A stretch of DNA of 64,000 bases from Amoebophrya sp. A120 (taxonomy: Eukaryota; Protista; Dinoflagellata). A program made the translations under genes and the position numbers. The stretch is taken from the NCBI GenBank assembly GCA_905178155.1, contig CAJINV010000019.1, forward strand, positions 1,038,913-1,102,912, given 5' to 3'. Shown here piece by piece: positions 59,360-64,000 of this stretch. Each line of letters opens with the position of its first letter. Position 1 is the first letter of the stretch. The notes beneath the pieces were generated by a model that saw nothing but the letters and a program-made list of their open reading frames with translations, searched no databases and had not been told where the DNA came from.

Positions 59360-61919
59360 TCATCCTTCGTCTGGGCATCTCGCCGTCGCCTCAGAAGTCG
59401 TGCCGCCCGGCACCAGATAGCAGTCCACTACGCTCCAATAGCGGTTTTGCTCTTTGGCGAACATCAGGGTCACCGTTCGTTCTTCGGAGAACATCAGTGC
59501 AGAAGTCGAAGGAAGGCCTCCACCGTTCTCATTCTTCGGAAAGTACTGAGCAACTGCTTCTTCGGCAACCCGCTCCCGCGGCACAAAGCAGGCACCAGCC
59601 TTTTGCGGCAGAGGATAAGGCTTGTTTGTCAGCGGCTCGGTACTACTTTTTTTTGTCACCACACGCACTTCGAAAACTTTTGCGAGGGGCGCCAATAGCT
59701 CCTCCGCCGGAAGAGTAGCGGGTGTAGTACCGTGCTGGGGGTGCTCCACGAGTCTTTTCCGAACTTCCTCTGCCTTCCAGCCGGAACGATTTTCGTATTG
59801 CAGCAAATTCAGCTGGTCGGCAAAAGCGTCGAAAAGGGAAGACGAGGTATCGTCCGCCTTGTTTTCGAAGGAGGTCAAATGGAAGCCATTCCGAATGACA
59901 CGCTTGAAGCCGACTACTGGGGCCCCGTTTTCGTACTGGCAATCATCTGTATTCCGAAAATCCGGCGCCAACATCAGGACTTCGGTTCCGCTGATAAAAG
60001 CATTCTCTTCCCACTGTCCGGTTTTCTCTATTTCTTCAAGGTACCGATTTGGATTCTTTGCGTAGTTTTCTTGCGGCCCGTACCCTTTTAGCGTGCTTCG
60101 CCGGAAGATTCTGTATTCGGATTTTCCCCAACCGCCGTGTAGCTTGTTTCCTTTGATTCCTCCCCTGTACCGATGCTCGGATCCATCCGAGCATCGCCAG
60201 ACGATGTTCGCCTCACCGATCCAATCGCTGTCGAAGACTTCCTTCTCCTTTCCGTTGATCAGTTTTAATGTTCCTTCAAACTCTCTTAAGAAAGAATGTT
60301 CCTTGACAATCTTCGCGTCATCGCAAGCGCCCTCTGGTGCTGGCCCTTCGTATTTTTTGGGATGCGCCGGCGGCTTGTAGACCCGTTTGTTATACGGCAT
60401 TCTCAACTTCTTCCCTTTGTTCTCCCGTCCTTGTATTCCGTGCAAAAACGTCCCCACCTTATGTTTCTCATGCAAATCTGACTGTCCGATGAAATTATTA
60501 CATGTCGCATGCGCAGCCCCACGAGAAGCGTGCTTCCATGCTCTCTGGGAGTGGGAATTTGTCGCGCTCTTCTCAGAATAAGAAAGCCGATTTTTTGTGA
60601 CGCGACTGCACTAGAAGCAGCTAACCAAGAATACACTGGAGACCCAACCTTAATGTCATGCGCAACAGCCAAAAGAACTTCTTGGCTTGTTTGGTACTTT
60701 AGAATCACAGCCATCTCAACAAGTATGGGGTGGGGACGTGATATCTACTCAGGATATCAACTTGCCCCTCGAAAAAACTGCCGTCGCTCAACGTCAACTT
60801 CCCCTTCCACGGCTTGTCGTCCTTCCACTCCCCCTCGAAAACGGAGCCGTCGCAGTACCTCATGGTGCCTTTCCCCGACCGCTTTGATTTGCTCCACTGC
60901 CCTTCGTAGGATAGTTCATTGCTCCCCTTGCAATGAACAGCGTTGGTGTGGTACACCATTTTCCCGTACCCGTTTTGCATGCCCCCCTCCACCTCACCGA
61001 CGTATTCGCGCAGAAATAAAGTAGCGGGGGCGCTGCTTGTTTCTTCGGTTTCTTCCGAAGGAGGTAAAGGCCTGTTTTCCGCCACCGAAAGAGAGTCATG
61101 CTCGTCCACTCCGTCGAATGTCTGCATCCCGAACCATTTGCCAGGCGCGCCTTCGTCGACTGTGTTGTCACAGTACGATTGCAAAGCGCCAGCCAATGAT
61201 TCTCGCTGGGATTTTCTGCCCCGCCATAGAAAGGGATTGATCCACGACGAAACGCTGAAAGTCATCTGGTCCACCTCGCGCAGCAATTCGGGCAGTGTTT
61301 TCGCAAGAGCAGGGGGTTGGACAGGACGCGACAAAAAGGAAAACGGCCACCTGCTCGATTTTTGTGCTTCTTCAGCCACATTCTTGGCCTGCCTCTCCAA
61401 CTCGGCCTCCTTCGCGGTTTTGATGTCAGCCATGTCAGGGCAAGATTCCAGCCTTCTGAGGAACTCATTGCCATCATTCGCCATCCCCCTGGAGCTGGTT
61501 CGGATCTTTCCCTGCACCCTTTTGAAGAAGTCGAAGTGCGACAGTGCTTTCCACTGTTGCCATGATTCGTTTTCGTGCTCTTGGCGTTGGCCAGGCTTAC
61601 GGCATAATTCTCTGCATGCCTCGGACCGAAATGCTGGAAGTGGAGAATCAACAGTACTATGTGCGGGAGCGGGATACACATCAGCCGGGCTCGCTTGAGC
61701 AACATCGTCATCTTCTAAAGATATATCCTCGACTCCTGCGTTCAGTATTCCATCCGCCGAAATCTCCATCAAACTATCTCCCCGTTTCTCTTTTTTGTCA
61801 TTACTCACTTTGCTTTCCTGCAGGGCTGACACACCCAACACCTCATTGGTAGTGACCACGCCGCCGGCGAGAAGCAGCACGGGCGTCGTTCCCTTCCGAG
61901 GTGGCTTCAAGACCAACAT
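59360..61919 (-). CDS. MORN-repeat protein with a hydrophobic N-terminal segment
   Basis: YxGxWxxxKxxGxG repeats; two ORFs joined across the element at 60434-60756. Confidence 0.8.
60434..60756. mobile_element. introner family F, diverged (323 bp)
   Basis: AAAAACGTCCCCACC / GGTGGGGACGT TIR; DR CTTG offset by 4 nt on the right. Confidence 0.8.
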
Positions 61920-64000
61920 GTTTCGGAACAGACCCTTAGACAGAGTACTACGTACTTCCTAGAGGTCGTCTAGTGCGGATGAAAGACAAGTTGAACCGAA
62001 GAGGGTCTAGTACAGCTGCCGTTTGATCTACTTACAAACGTACGAGCCCACAGGCACGGGATGAGAGAAGCAATATCTTTTCCCAGAGAAAAAGACAAAT
62101 TGCGCGGGTGGCTAGTAGGAGAGGATTAGTAAGTAGATGCACTTACTTACTCCGAAACGAAATGAGTTTGCTTGCTTGTTTTATGTGATACAGTGGGACC
62201 ACGACACGAAAAGTTTTTACGAACAAGTGGAATCGCAATGAATTCGCGAGAGACTGTAAAGTAAATAAATATAAAAACAGTTTTTGAAAAGGATATAATG
62301 AGTAGAGTAAAGAATTCATCTGATATACCTCGTTGCAATAGTGCTTGGAGCTTTCTCCGATTTTTCATCGGCTCTACCTACTGACTCCACGCACAGATGG
62401 TCCACCTCACGCACTGCACGACCGACGAAAGATAAGTAAGTGCTGTGTGGAATCCACCGATTTTTGCGTTCGCACGGTCCAGTTTAGTGTTGCACGAAAG
62501 TTCAACGAAGAACCGAAGTGACTGTCTTGAACGAGAAAGAACCGAGGACGAGATTCTTCTGAAAACAGATTTACCGAACATGTACTTTCTTGGGCGCGTG
62601 TAAGTAGAAGTTGCGTTGGAACGTAGAACCGATGCGGTTGCTGAGAAGTACAAGAACTATAATCGCTGGTATCCTTACGAATTTTTTCACAACATAAGTT
62701 AAGTACTACGTGCGCACGATCATGACACCAACTACAGGAGATGGACAAGAAGAACAACAACTTAAACTGAGCTTAATACTGCGCCGTCTTCTTGGGAAGA
62801 TGTCGACGGACGGCAGTTCAAGAGAGACTGCGCCAGCTTGTTCGGCGTCCTGATCAAATTTTTGCAATTCTCGTCGCATTCCACATCCACTTCATCGTAC
62901 AGGAGGAAATAAGAACTGAAAGATTCTTCTTCTTGTTCCGGAAAAATCTCATAAGTACACCCTCTTGTTTCATCGTCCAGAACTTTATCTACGTCGAAGA
63001 TTCTTCGACGACCACTGCGCAGGCGCAGGGGTTCTACTTCTTTATTTTTTTCGCTTTCATAAACTAGTATCCTTGAAAAACTTGTGTTCGAAGATGTTGA
63101 GCAGGATCATAGATAAGTAGTCCCTGGAGGGACCACCGGTTCTTCTTGCAACTCGAAATAAACTACGAGTCTGGTTCTTTCTTTGACACGGAGGTGACAG
63201 TTGTGACACGACGTTGCATAGAATATGTTCGTAGTTTCAGTTGCAGTCGCAGTTTCCCATGCTGCCACATCAACAGCGCTCGTTTCAAATAAAAACAGCC
63301 TGCTGAGGACCTTTTCGTTCGACTAATCCTGTTTAAAACTTTTGTCCGACGCCTTCTGCCCACCGGCCACGGAGGGGCCGAGGAATTCGTGTTTTTCTAT
63401 TGCATTGTTGAAGACGGTAACTTTGATAAAAAGATTGTTCCCCTGCTCGCGAAAGCAGGAAGTGAAGTTAAACGAAAAATAAGTGCGATATATTGAGACT
63501 ACGGAAACAGGATCCAGCACCAGGGCGCTTTGTAAGGTGCCAGAATCTTTGCTGGGTTCTCACAACAGCCGCCCTGGGTCTACTTCTTCACATGCTGCTC
63601 TGGCGCGTCAACATTTGGCGTGAATAAAAGTCGACTAGATGAACCAGAGATGCTGCAGCGAAGTACAGATACTCTCTGATGAACGAATTTTATGGTTTCA
63701 GATTCTTTAGTATGGTTTTAGAAGTTTTAGGAACAAAAATTACTTATTAATGCGTCTAAATAATATGAAACGAAATGAATCTACTTCACAGACGATCCTT
63801 TCGGCCAGCAACGGCCACCGCAGGTGTCGCACACGGAGGTCGCGAGGAAGAGTAGTTGCACAAACGATATACAGGAGCTCAACCGCTTATTTGGAAGAGG
63901 TGCTCGTCCTCGTCACGGATCTTCAGCTAGAAGTGGTTGACACGTATAGAAACACCACCAGTACGGAGTCGTACCCGTAGAAGAGGCGCTCAGTACAACA

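Noticed and set aside
62770-64000. Possible minus-strand gene fragment
   Set aside because: Only short broken frames and no recognisable motif; cannot be supported.
1-64000. Autonomous transposase or reverse transcriptase for the introners
   Set aside because: No DDE, RT, HUH or tyrosine-recombinase motifs were recognisable in any ORF.

Overview
Eukaryotic, gene-dense window in which every recognisable protein-coding gene lies on the minus strand. The coding exons are interrupted by 47 complete and 1 decayed MITE-like 'introner' elements of 145-454 bp, in at least 9 terminal-inverted-repeat (TIR) families. Almost all begin TAT, end ATA and sit between 5-bp direct repeats (DRs). At every junction I translated by eye, removing the element plus one DR restores the reading frame, so they behave as non-canonical introns. 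This architecture matches what is established for the syndinian dinoflagellate Amoebophrya; the organism assignment is inference. Recognisable products: a CLU-domain protein, a PH-domain protein, a C5 DNA cytosine methyltransferase, a large protein with two degenerate J-like domains and 21 introners, an MFS transporter, a CFAP97/hemingway-like protein and duplicated MORN-repeat genes. The strangest non-genic feature is at 51476-54560, where four identical 39-bp hairpin cores separate three 0.6-1.2 kb inserts, each flanked by its own staggered 50-58 bp duplication. Coordinates were read by eye and gene ends are approximate.
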